A stretch of DNA of 64,000 bases from contig NC_043014.1 in NCBI RefSeq assembly GCF_006345805.1, forward strand, positions 32,736,001 through 32,800,000. Reading direction: 5' to 3'. Numbering within the stretch: position 1 is the first letter of the stretch; each line of letters opens with the position of its first letter. This stretch comes from Octopus sinensis (lineage: Eukaryota). Shown piece after piece: positions 52,493-64,000 of the stretch. The notes below the pieces were generated by a model. The model was not told the origin of the DNA. It was given only the letters and a program-made list of their open reading frames with translations, and made no database searches. A program made the position numbers and the translations under genes.

Positions 52493-54305
52493 TACTTACT
52501 GTTGTTGGTGGTGGGGGTGGCTCCCTTGTGCTTTTGCACGGGTGCTTCAATAATTTTTGTAAAGTTTCTGAGAGAAACTTTTCCCTAACGATCCCACATC
52601 GATAGGGAATATTTGTTTTATTTCGTTGTAAACTGTTTTGTTTATTTTTATTGTGAGAATGTGTGCTGGTGGTGTGTTGTGTGTAGGTATTATGAAATCT
52701 GTAATGTTTGTGCTTGTTTTGTTTTTCAAATACTCAACCAGTTCCTGGTTTCTTGTATTCACTGCTGTAATCGTGTCTGTAATTGTGTCTGTGTTTGTTT
52801 TTGTCTGTGGCAGTGGCAGTAGTGGTGTCGAAAGTGTTGTTGTTGTTGTTTGTTGTTGTGAATGTGTGTTGTTGTTGATGTTGTTGTTGATGTTGGGAAG
52901 TACTATTTGTTCGTGCTTCCCCTGTAAATCTTTTTGTTTTTTCCTCCTTTTTCTTTTTTGGAGGCACTATGTTCCATTCTCCTTTGTTGGAATCAGAGCT
53001 CGCACAATCCGAGATCTCTTCATCCGGCAAAGGAATGGTTGAGGGGTCTGCTTCAGTAGCAGGACGAAAGGTTTTTGGTTCCGCCGGTATCGGTGGTGCC
53101 GCTGCTCCTGTTGCTGTTGATTTTGCTGCAGTTGATTTTCGAGGTACTGGTGTCGGTGTTGGTTTGGTGGCGGTTGTTGTTGTTGGAGGTGGTGTTGTTC
53201 GTCTTGGTGCTGGTGTTGGTGATGGTGTTGGTGGTGTGGCAGCCTTTGGTGTTTCGTGCTGTTTTTGTTGTTTCTGTTGTTGTTGTTGTTGCTGCCTCTT
53301 GCTATACTCCTCCATTCTCTTTTTCTGAATGGGGCAGTCCCTTTTCAGGTGGCTTTCGCTACTGCAGAGGAAACATTTTGGCTTTCGTCCCTCTACAGTA
53401 ACATTTAGCCTGGTCCCATCCAGTAAGATGACAAAGTCAGGTATGGCATTGATGTTTTCCTGCTGGATCTGTACCAGCAGTTGAATACCCATGCCTGACC
53501 AGTTCTTTTCTCGTACCCTCCGAACATTCAGAATAGTGGCAGTGTCCTCTATGCCATAGAGGACAGCCGCCACTAGCCATGAGATTTTCTGTTCGGGGGG
53601 TATTGTGTTCATTGTTATTTTTTGTACCTTACGCCCGAGGTACGTCGGGATGAGGAACAAATGTTCATTTTGCAAGGGCGAAATGGCGTTCGCCCTTGCA
53701 AGCTCCTCTGTTGGGAAGCGAACCTCCACGGTTCCAAAACGCTTCCCTCTTGTCACATAGCTCTTTTGGCCCCAAATGGGCTTCAGAGCTATTTCTAATT
53801 GTTGTGGTGTGGCGTTAACCAATCTTTTGGTTTTCTTTTCGAAAACTTAAAAGATTGTTCTTTTATTTGTCTCGTGTATGAGTTGTTGAGGTGTGTTAAG
53901 GAAAACACTATTTCCTTCCTTTCTCAACAAATCTTTTGCCATTTTAATGTCTTCCATTGTTATTTGTACATCTTCCGAAATTTGCTTCGCAGCAGAAGCA
54001 AAATTGTTAGAGACTTTTACATTTTTTTGTTGGTTCCTGTCTGTGTTTGTGTCTGTAAAAAGTTTCTTTTCCTCCCCCTTCGGTACAGCATCACTTGTTG
54101 AAGGCAGAGGGGGGAAATCAAGAGTGACGTCGAACGCGACGTCCTGGCTTGCATTCTCCTTTTGAACCGAGCGTGTGCTCTCCGGTTCGGAAGAGGAGCT
54201 CTGTTGCCTTTTACGGCCTGAAATGGGTTGTTCGTAACCCGTGACGTTATTTTTTTTTGTTCTTGTAAGAAGGAGGGAAGAGCCAGCAGCTCGTTTCAAT
54301 GCCAT
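52493..54305 (-). pseudogene. Tx1-like ORF1 (gag-like nucleic-acid-binding protein)
   Basis: ATG at 54305 (MALKRAAG); track ORFs 53847-54500 and 52734-53822 are in one frame, split by a single TAA; RRM-like region and CFLCSSESHLKRDC knuckle; probable frameshifted C-terminus (TAVNTRNQELVEYLKNK). Confidence 0.82.
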
Positions 54306-54522
54306 TTTGTAATGTGTGTGTGCAAAAAATGTCAATTTCAAATGGATAAACAGTAATTTCACCCCGAATGGGGCAAAATTTCGCCCAACCGACGAGCTCC
54401 GCAAGAAGCCGGTCGGTTTGGCTACAAAAATATTAAAAATACCAAAACTTATCTGCAAATTTCCAGTGAAATTGGTACCAAATTCACGGAGCTGATTCAC
54501 GTACGTCCATCGGCGTCGGAAG

Positions 54523-54574
<52 letters not shown>

Positions 54575-54575
<1 letters not shown>

Positions 54576-54606
54576 GTCAAGACGAAGAGCGCTCTTCGTC
54601 TTGACT
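54575..54606. repeat. Perfect 32-bp palindrome with no spacer
   Basis: agtcaagacgaagagc|gctcttcgtcttgact. Confidence 0.97.
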
Positions 54607-54651
54607 GTTTATCTTTGTGAAGAGTTACGTCAATCCTTTTTAAAATATAAT

Positions 54652-54700
<49 letters not shown>

Positions 54701-54706
54701 TAATAA

Positions 54707-55480
54707 TGAACGGCAGTAGCCCAACATGTCGTGTATGTCGACAACAAAATGAAACCATTGATCATGTTGTCTCCAAATACAGTCTTCTAGCGCCTACATA
54801 TATCTCAACAGGCATGATAGAGCTGCACAATATATTCACTGGGTAATTTGCAAAAACCTGGATTTGCCCCATGAAAAAAACTGGTGGGAACAAAAACCAC
54901 CTCCAGTGCTTGAAAATGACCACATCTCACTCCTCTGGAACTTCACCATTCAAACTGACAGAAAGATAGATGCAAATAGGCCAGACATCATATTGAAAGA
55001 CTTCAGACAAAAAACATGTCCCAATCAATATAAACGTATCTGTCAAGACCTACCAAAAACTGAGCAAATATAAAGATCTTGAAATAGAAATCAGAAAAAT
55101 GTGGAACCTGAAAACTAAAACAATACCTGTTGTCATAGGTGCCCTGGGAATGATAGCAAAAGGGGCTGATTGCTACCTAACTCAGATACCAGGAAACCCC
55201 AAAATGGCAAAAATTCAAAAGATAGTGCTCATGGAAACTGCTCATATCCTACGCAAAATACTTTCTATGTAATCTCAAGGTTTAAAACAAACATAATTTT
55301 CATATGTTTTTTTTCTCTTTTTTTTTTTTAGACATTCACTAGTACAACACTAAATACATAACCAAATATATAGCACACTAGGCATAACAACAACATGAAC
55401 TTCCAACCTGTTGTCTCTTGAGGTTTCTGGGTGAGACTTGGAGCCAACTTGTACAAATATAAAGCAAAAGTCAAACATAG
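54707..55480 (+). mobile_element. 5'-truncated R4/Dong-like LINE (restriction-like endonuclease) between (AAT)n tracts
   Basis: CRVCRQQNETIDHVVS, RHD, NRPDIILKD, KYKDLEIEI..MW, VPVVIGALG-like, stop at 55270-55272; frameshifted. Confidence 0.88.
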
Positions 55481-55617
55481 AATAATAATAATAATGATAA
55501 TAATAATCACCATCATCTTCATTTCATTTATTTGTCACGAGGGCATAGATGAAGGGGGTCATCACAAGGATAGACAACCATTTGTTTGAGGAGAAAGAAA
55601 TACAATAAAAGTATATA

Positions 55618-56225
55618 GGCATGGCTGTGTGGTAAGGAGCTTGCTTCCTAACAATATGGTTCCAAGTTCAACCCACTGTGTGGTACCTTGGGCAAGTGTC
55701 TTCTACTATATTCTCAGGCTGTCCAAAGTGTTGTGAGTGGATTTGCTGGATGGAAACTGAAAGAAGCCTGTCGTATATACAGGGTGCAGTGAATAAACTG
55801 TCGTCTAAAGTATGCAAAAATAAAAATAACACTGACATGGTCCAACAGTGTGGTACCTTAGGCAAAATGTCTTCTACCATAGCCTTGGACCCACCAAAGC
55901 TTTGTGAGTGGATTGGGTAGATAGAAACTGAAAGAAGCCTGTCATATGTGTGTGTGTGGTGTGTGTGTGTTTGTGTATGTGTGTGTATATGTGTGTGTGT
56001 GTATGTATGTATATATCTGTGTTTGTCCTCCCACCATCACTTGACAACCGATGTTGCTCTGTTTATGTCCCCTGTAACTTAACAGTTTGACAAAAGAGTC
56101 CAATAGAATAAGTACTAGGCTTACAAAGAATAACTCCTGAGGTTGATTTCTAAGACTAAAGGCAGTGCTCCAGCGTAGCCCCAGTCAAATGACTGAAATA
56201 AATAAAAAAAATAAAGAACAAAAGA
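55618..56225 (+). mobile_element. Family A SINE interrupted by a mariner terminal fragment (55778-55838), with partial internal duplication
   Basis: SINE head, then tacagggtgcagtgaataaactgtcgtc..., then repeated SINE body and tail. Confidence 0.75.
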
Positions 56226-56478
56226 ATATGTAAATATGTATATGTATGGGGCTTGTCTTCATGATGACTGTTATATAAATAAATACAGATAGATGAATAT
56301 ACATATATATATATATATAAAAATTGTATACATATATCATATATATATGTATCTATATCATCATCATCGTTTAACGTCCGCTTTCCGATATGTATATATA
56401 TATATTATATATACGTATATGAATGAAGGCGCAATGGCCCGATATGTATATATATATATTATATATACGTATATGAAT

Positions 56479-56820
56479 GAAGGCGCAATGGCCCAGTGGT
56501 TGGGCAGTGGACTCGCAGTCATAGGATCGGGATTTCAATTCCCAGACTGGACGTTGTGAGTGTTTATACGAGGCTCTGGAAGAGGCTAGTGGCGAATCCT
56601 GCTGTGCTCTTTCACCACAACTTTCTCTCACTCTTTCTTCCTGTTTCTATTATACCTGTATTTCAAAAGGGCAGCCTTGTCACACTGAGTCTCTCAGAGA
56701 CCTACGTTAAGGGTACACGTGTCTGTGGAGTACTCAGCCACTTGCACGTTAATTTCATGAGCAGACTGCTCTGTTGATTGGATCAACTGGAACCCTTGTC
56801 ATCATAACTGACAGAGTGCC
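56479..56820 (+). mobile_element. tRNA-derived SINE, family C, with a 54-bp upstream tandem duplication (56385-56492)
   Basis: ggcgcaatggcccagtggtt...gatttcaattccc; ccgatatg...gcgcaatggc occurs twice. Confidence 0.8.
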
Positions 56821-57615
56821 TTGATACATATATGTATATATGTATATATATGTCTGTATGTATGTGCATGTATATATATGTCTGTATGTATGTGTATGTA
56901 TGTATATATGTATATATATATATGTCTGTACGTATGTGCAAGTATGTATGTATGTATGGGCACATATGTATATATGTTTGCATGTTTGTGCATGTATATA
57001 TGTATATATATGTGTCTGTATATATGTGCTTGTATCTATATATGTATATATATGTCTGTATATATGTGCTTGTATCTATATATGTATATATATGTCTGTA
57101 TATATGTGCATGTATGTATGTATATATATATATATATATATATATGTTTGCATGTATATGCATGTATTTATATATGTATATATATGTTTGCATGTATGTG
57201 CATGTATATATATATATGTCGGTTTAGATGTATGTATGCCTGTGCATGTATGTATGTAAATATAGTATATATTTCTTATATATGTGTCTGTGTGAATGCA
57301 TGTTTGTTTATATTTACATACACACAAACACATGCATATATATATATATTTACATACATGCAAACACGTGTGTGCATATACACACACACACACATCTTTG
57401 ATATTCAAACACTTCTTTAATTATTGTTTTATCTAGTCATTTTCAACTTTTTTTTATTCAATTCTTTATACTTTATATTTTCTGCTTTTAATACATTTTG
57501 CTTTTGTGTTGTGTTTCTTTTCAATATCATTTTGATGTTATCATCATCATCATTATTATCATTATCATCATCATCATCACCATTATCATTATTATTATTG
57601 TTATTATTATTATTA

Positions 57616-57646
<31 letters not shown>

Positions 57647-58628
57647 ATGCTATTTTTGTGTATTATCTTTACGCATTATTTTTCTAACATTCAATTTCCT
57701 GTGTGGTGAGTGATGGATGTGAAAGTAGGAAATTAGAATGACAATAGCCTGGCAGCCTGTGTACCAAAAGAACTGATCCAAAACACATACGCACATACAC
57801 ACATACATACACACATACACACACACAAGGCAAAAAACTGACACAAGGCAAACACACACACACACACACACACACAGACTCAGCTTCCATCCATCCTTTC
57901 TCTTGCCCTTTCTCTCTCTGTCTCTTCCTCTCTCTCTCTCTCTAATATTACCTCTTCCCCTGCCATACACACTCCATCACCACCCAGCACCACAAAAACC
58001 TCCAATATTTAAAGAATCCTTCAAAACAAATAAATAAACTAATATGGATGTGGTTGTGTGAGGTGAGGTGAGTTGAGGTTGGAGGTGATGTTGGGGAGGT
58101 GGCTTGCTATTAGGGTGGACGTGGGGAGGGCAGGAGTCCTTTGTTGTTGTTCTTAGATTTCTTTGATCTATTTTTCTTTTTCTCTTTACTCTCGTTTTGT
58201 TAAATTTTTTGTTTCATTTTTTTATAACTTTGTTGTTTTGTTTGTTTTATTGGTGATGGCAGTATATTATCCACACAGCTTGATGATGATAATAACGATG
58301 ATGATGACGTCAATGATTATGATGATGATGATGACAACAACAGCAGCATTGACAATGATAACAACAACAATAATGAGCCTAATCACCATCCTAATTATGA
58401 TCTTGATTATGATGGCAATTCTTCTACGGCCTCTTGTTTAGTCAATCAAAACATTTCATCCATATTACAATCAGAGATCATCTTGTTCTCATACATTAGG
58501 GAAACATAAAACCTGTGATTTACATTTTTAAAGGTTGTAAAGTGTTTAGGAAAGCTTGACTAATAAACTTGGAATTGGCAAAGTTTTCCGAACAGAGGAC
58601 AAAATACTTTGTGACATTTATTCCAGCT

Positions 58629-58855
58629 TTAACCCTTTCATTACCAACCCGGCTGAAACTGGCTCTGGCTCGAGTACAAATATCTTGTTTACATAAGTTT
58701 TGATTGAAAATCTTCCACCAAACCTTAGTCACAATTTATGTTCCTAACACTGGCTGAATGATAACTAAGTTATTTTACTAAATTCTTTGTTCTATTTAAA
58801 GTAATTGAAAGAAACACAGAGCATCTCAAAATTAATATAGTAACAAAAGGGTTAA
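58629..58855. mobile_element. piggyBac-type non-autonomous element
   Basis: TTAA-CCCTTT...AAAGGG-TTAA termini; a similar right end at ~2049-2060. Confidence 0.75.
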
Positions 58856-59869
58856 GGTGGAAAGCTGGTGCACCAGGCAAAACACTTCACAGCATTTCAT
58901 CCATCTTCGTGTTCTGAGTTCAAATTCTTCTGTGATTGATTTTGCCTTTCATCATTTCCAGGTCAATAGTATAAGTATCAATTGAACACTGGGGTTGATC
59001 TAAGTAACTTACACACTCCCTTGAAGTTGCTGGTCTTGTGTCAAAATTTGAAATCATGATCATTACCTGTGTAGCCTTACTGGCTGGTGGCATGTGAACA
59101 AACATTCAAGCGAGGTCATTGCCAGTGCCGCTGGACTGGCTTCTGTGCAGGTGGCACATAAAAAGCACCATTTGAGCGTGGCCGTTGCCAGTACCACCTG
59201 ACTGGCCCTCGTGCCAGTGGCATGTAAAAGCACCCACTATACTCTTGGAGTGGTTGGCATTAGGAAGGGCATCCAGCTCAAGAAACTCTGCAAAATCAGA
59301 TTGGAGCCTGGTGCAACCATCTGGTTCACCAGACTTCAGTCAAATCGTCCAACTCATGCTAGCATGGAAAGCGGACATCAAACGATGATGATGATGATGA
59401 TATTTATTCTAACTCTCTACAATCTGAGTTCAAGTCTTAAAGTCAATTTTCCTTTCATTTTTGGGGCGGGTTCATAAAATAAATACAAATTCAGAGTTGT
59501 GAAATTGGTAGAATTATTAACAATCTCAGCAAGAAGCCTTGCAATATTTGATCCAGTTCTTTGTATTCTGAATTCTTTGGTGTCTTTAGTAGAGTTGTGG
59601 AGGCACGTGGCTTAATGGTTAGGGTGTTGGACTCATGATCGTAAGAGTGTGGTTTTGATTCCTGAACCGGGTGACACATTGTGTTCTTGAGCAAAACACT
59701 TCATTTCACATTGCTCCAGTCCACTCAGCTGGCAAAATTGAGTAATCCTGCAATGGACCAGCATCCCATCCAGGTGGGGTATTTATACACCATGGCAATC
59801 AGGAAACTGGCCCTTATGAGTCGACATGACTCAAGCAGGTAACCTTTACCATTTTTTTTTAGAAGCGTT

Positions 59870-60078
59870 GACGCTATGAATTCTCATGCATATAGTTGCA
59901 TGTCTAGACATGCTCATATATACTTAAATGATAAAATTCTGGAAAGTTTTACGGATTTTTACAGTTCTAGTGATGGTTTGGATCTGTTGTCTTTGAATCA
60001 GCTTTCTCCTTTCTGGTTTTGAGAAGCCTAATTTCTCAAGATTGGTATTTAGGCAGTGTGTTACATATCCCAGTGCAT
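59870..60078 (-). mobile_element. 3' terminal fragment of a second RLE-type (R4-like) LINE
   Basis: DALGYVTHCLNTNLEKLGF...QIQTITRTVKIRKTFQNFII* resembles the RLE C-terminus; 5' break abuts (TACA)n. Confidence 0.6.
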
Positions 60079-60080
60079 CA

Positions 60081-60111
<31 letters not shown>

Positions 60112-60182
60112 TGTATCTATGTATGTATGTGCAAATTTGTTTTATGTATGTATGTATGTTTGTATGTATGTATGTGTGCATG

Positions 60183-60216
<34 letters not shown>

Positions 60217-60559
60217 TGTATGTGTATATATGTATGTGTGTATGTATGTGTGTATGTATGTATGTGTGTATGTTTGTATGTATGTCTCTTCTCCTTTTTA
60301 ATTATTAGAAATCTTTCACTAAGGAGAGAGCTAATTTCCAACAAAGATACAAGGTTCCATCTTTGGGATGTAGTTAACACAGACAAATTCACATTTGGAA
60401 CTTGAGAAAAGTCTTGCATATTTTAACTGTTCCACTCACAGATTGCACTTATGTATGTATGTATGTATGTATGTAAATGTGTGTGTGTGTGTGTATGTGA
60501 GTACACTTATGTGGTCACTTGTGAGGTCTCTCACAAGTGCTACTGGTAACACGGAATCC

Positions 60560-61040
60560 AATATTACATGACTGGATTGTCAGTGACTAAACAGGGACCC
60601 CCATCGGGCTAGTTGGTGAGGAGAGCTGCTAGAAACCCTCACAAGACTAAAAACATGACCTGTTAAAAGAATAGATGAACCCATTGTCGGTTCAATGAGT
60701 ATCAAGCAATAGCACAGGCACTCGGAAATTCCAGGTTGGAGTCCAATGCTGAGAGACAAATGAGAGCGAGGCATACTTCAGCTTTTGTTGAGACATGTCT
60801 CTAAGAAAATATTTTCTCTGATATAAAACCAGATATGCAGGGAATGGCACAAGACGTTTTGGGGATCTTTTGCTTGTGTTTGAGATAAAGGTGCTCCCAC
60901 ATTCATCAGCCTGTGTCCCATAAGGGCACCAGATATCTTGCCACATATTTTGACATGTATCTGGATCATGTCAAAAAGGGTGGAAGGGTTATTGAGGTGT
61001 TATGCAAGCTTTATTGGACCTACAAGTTTGCACAGTTTTT
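60560..61040 (-). pseudogene. Degraded RTE-type LINE RT C-terminal fragment
   Basis: Broken similarity to the RTE ORF end (LW...TK...CL...L.W.GHV); many stops. Confidence 0.45.
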
Positions 61041-61094
61041 GCTGACTAGCTTGCATGGGCATTGATGCTTAATTTTATCGTTACACTAATACAT

Positions 61095-61365
61095 ATGTAC
61101 ATACATACATACATACATGCATATAGGCATGCACACATACATGTACACACATACATACATACTCGCATACATACATACATACATACATACATACATACAT
61201 ACATACATACATACATACATACATACATACATGAATACATACATACATACACACATACATGCATACATACATACATGCATACATACATACATACATACAT
61301 ACATACATACATACATACATACATACATACACACATACATGCATACATACATACTCACATACATG
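61095..61365. repeat. (TACA)n microsatellite; complementary tract at 60080-60290
   Basis: Direct reading. Confidence 0.95.
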
Positions 61366-61819
61366 CATACATATATATCATGAACTAACTGTTACTTTCT
61401 CAGATGCAGCATGGAATTTTCTCAGTGAACAGGTCATGGTCTCAAAGCGACAAAAATATTTTGACAAATTAAATTTAACTTATATTTTAATTTTACATCT
61501 TTGCTTTTGTTGTTATTTTTCTATTTCAAATCCTGCAGCAATGGTAAAGTAGTGAAGCATGCAGAGCTGATAGGTTGGAAGCGTGTAATCAGTGACCAGC
61601 ACATACATGGCTCATGTTAGATATAAAGTCATCTCTTTATTGTCCAAGAGAGTGATGGGATTTAGTTGCTGTATTGGTACCTGAACACCTCCATTTGGGA
61701 AGGGCACTACTCACCCAGAGAAAATGTAAATTAAAAATTACCTGTTTTCTTTTTGCTTGTTTTTTGTCTGATCGGTTTAGCATAACTGATGGATATTCAC
61801 CTTACACTCAGGAAACAAA

Positions 61820-62110
61820 GAAAATATCTATAAAGTCTGGATGGAATATAAGTATTTCATGTTGGAATGCACATACTTTATGAGATAAGAAGAGTGAATG
61901 TAGATCTGAAAGATTTGCAGCTCTTGTTGTTCTTGAAATAAACAGATATGTCATAGATAGAGCTGGTCTTTCAAAGGCTCCTTTGGAAAATGATAGCCAG
62001 CTTCTGGAAGTTGGAGGTAGCTATGCATTTGTCTGGAAGGGGAAAAAATGAGTGCAGTGAGTCTGGTATTGGTCTTGTAGTCCAATCTGAAATACTCATG
62101 ACTCATGAAT
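61820..62110 (+). pseudogene. Degraded RTE-type AP-endonuclease N-terminus
   Basis: ISCWNAHTL*D...SERFAALVVLEINRYVIDRAGLS...LLEVGGSYAFVWKG...SGIGLVV, matching the WNVRTL..PERRTAL..EL.RY.ID...LSE pattern. Confidence 0.72.
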
Positions 62111-62560
62111 TGAACTTATTGAAGAAATTTTATTATATGTATGTATTTGTGTTTGTCCTCCCACCATCCCTTGACAACCGGTGCTGGTGTGTTTATGTAC
62201 CCATAACTTAGCAGTTCAGCAAAAGGTTTTTGATAAAATAAGTACTAGGCTTACAAAGAATAAGTCCTGGGGTTGATTTCTTCGACTAAAACCCTTTAAG
62301 GCAGTGCTCCAGCATGGTTACAGTCAAATGACTGAAACATGTAAAAGAATATAAAAGCTTGCCTCTCAGCTCTTGGTAGTTCTAATATAAAGACCTTAGG
62401 ACATTTGTTACAGAGATTTCCTTAATGAACTGATCAAGCTTAATATCTAACTAATGTTTATAGCAGTTGATATCTTATTTCTGGTTTGTTCATTTTTTTG
62501 TGGGGTGGGGGCTGTTTTTTTTTTTTCTTTCTCTGTGCATATTGTCCTCTTATATTTCAG

Positions 62561-62640
62561 GACATAAACTTGACATAGAACTATTCCTTGGGCCTGATAA
62601 TGAAATCATCTATGAAAATATTGATAAAGCAACCAACTAA
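62561..62640 (+). CDS. Candidate terminal coding exon of an unknown gene, (G)HKLDIELFLGPDNEIIYENIDKATN*
   Basis: Long polypyrimidine tract plus tttcag acceptor, non-repetitive open frame to TAA; no upstream exon identified. Confidence 0.3.
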
Positions 62641-62785
62641 AAACTATAAAAGCCACATTACTTTTTTTTTTTTAATTTCAGAGTTCCAAGTATAACAATG
62701 CTAAAAGGCTTTCAAAAAAATTTCCGACACCAGACTATCTTTGGTTTGTTTATAAATATTATTTGTAAATCTATGCCATATATAT

Positions 62786-63180
62786 TACTCTTTTACTCTT
62801 TTACTTGTTTCAGACATTTGACTGTGGCCATGCTGGAGCACCGCCTTTAATCGAGCAAATCGACCCCTGGACTTATTCTTTGAAAGCCTAGTACTTATTC
62901 TATTGGTCTCTTTTGCTGAACCACTATGTTACGGGGACGTAAACACACCAGCATCTGTTGTCAAGTGATGTTGGGGGGACAAACACACACACATATATAT
63001 ATACATATACATATATACGACGGGCTTCTTTCAGTTTCTGTCTACCAAATCCACTCACATGGCTTTGGTTAGCACTAGGCTATAGTAGAAGATACTTGCC
63101 CAATGTGCCATGCAGTGGGACTGAACCCAGAACTATGTGGTTGGTAAGCAAGCTACTTACCACACAGCCACTCTTATGCC
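62786..63180 (-). mobile_element. Family A SINE, full length
   Basis: Reverse complement of the 7634-8040 family. Confidence 0.85.
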
Positions 63181-64000
63181 AATGATAAAGAAATTGTAAA
63201 AAAATGTTTAGAATTTTTCTATTTTTGCTTTAAAGCCATTTCAGAAACATTCTGTTCCATTGCTTTTTTATTTAGGTTTCGTTGAGAGGCAACTGTCTAA
63301 TTTACACCAGTGAGAGTAATCCATTTTGTGGATGTAAATAGACACAAATGTATATATAATTAATGTTGTAACAACAGTATGATTAATTCAATCTATATCC
63401 AGAAATATACAAGGATAAATGTATAATTAATATTAACAGTAAAATCCAGAACACAAAGGAATTGGTGATGGACTCTTGTATCAGAAAACATAGCAATCAA
63501 TACTACATTTGGGAGAGTGTGTTGGGCATTAGCTGTAATTTGCTTGTTGTAAGGGGTGAAAGGAAAAGAAACTGGTATTTTTGTCAGGGCCATTCAATGG
63601 CATATATCATCTTCATCCTCATCACCACCATCACCGTTTTCCATGCTGGCATGTGTTGGATGGTTTGGAAGACACCAATGAGCCAGAGGGCTGCACCAAA
63701 CATCAGTGTCTGCTTAGTCATGGTTTCTACAGCTGGATACCCTTCCTAATGCCACCCACTTCACAGAGTGTACTGGGTGTCTTTTTATTTTTTTGAGGCA
63801 CTAGCATTAGTGAGGCCACTGGGTGCTTTCAAGACAAGGCCCTTTAATTGAGTGGGGTATAGTATAGAAGGAGATGAAAGTATAATAGAGAGGTAGGAAC
63901 AGGTGTCTTGCTGAAGAGGTGAATACATGGCTTTCTCAGCTTAAAAGAGAAAAAGCATGCCTTCAAAGACATCTTTGATAAATAATCTTTCTACTTTAGA

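Larger units (their letters stand above)
48743..54522 (-). mobile_element. Near full-length Tx1/L1-clade non-LTR retrotransposon, inactivated, (AAT)n on both sides
   Basis: 5' UTR, ORF1 with CCHC knuckle, ORF2 APE-RT-Cys finger, 3' UTR ending AATAAA(AAA)GAATTG-(ATT)n on minus. Confidence 0.95.

Noticed and set aside
53847-54500. 217-aa ORF as a separate upstream gene
   Set aside because: In frame with the 362-aa ORF across one TAA; its first ATG is at 54305. Better explained as the ORF1 N-terminus plus open 5' UTR.

Overview
64 kb of AT-rich, repeat-saturated animal DNA, probably intronic or intergenic. The SINE families and microsatellite load resemble Octopus (inference; not checked by search). 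No complete host gene is supportable; there are only weak candidate exons (62561-62640, 2785-2827). Nearly all ORF-track entries are microsatellite translations. Real coding content is transposon-derived: a near full-length but disabled Tx1/L1-clade LINE in an (AAT)n tract (~48743-54522, minus), a 5'-truncated Penelope-like element (PLE; RT C-terminus plus GIY-YIG) with a fold-back inverted arm (11106-12972), two R4-type restriction-like-endonuclease LINE tails, RTE and CR1-like fragments, Tc1/mariner fragments, MITEs and many tRNA-headed SINEs. The main result of the hunt is a set of minimal type I hammerhead ribozyme (HHR) motifs, folded by eye, in at least six different sequence contexts. 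These are a 542-bp tandem array, the Penelope 3' UTR (a U3:A8 core variant), a 602-bp non-coding unit present as circularly permuted head-to-head arms, a tRNA-headed SINE, and two decayed elements. Several share (TA)n flanks and 5'-to-5' inversions, which suggests non-autonomous ribozyme-bearing RNAs (retrozyme-like units and a SINE) mobilised by PLE machinery. All ribozyme calls are structural predictions. Scattered 1-nt indels may be long-read assembly errors.
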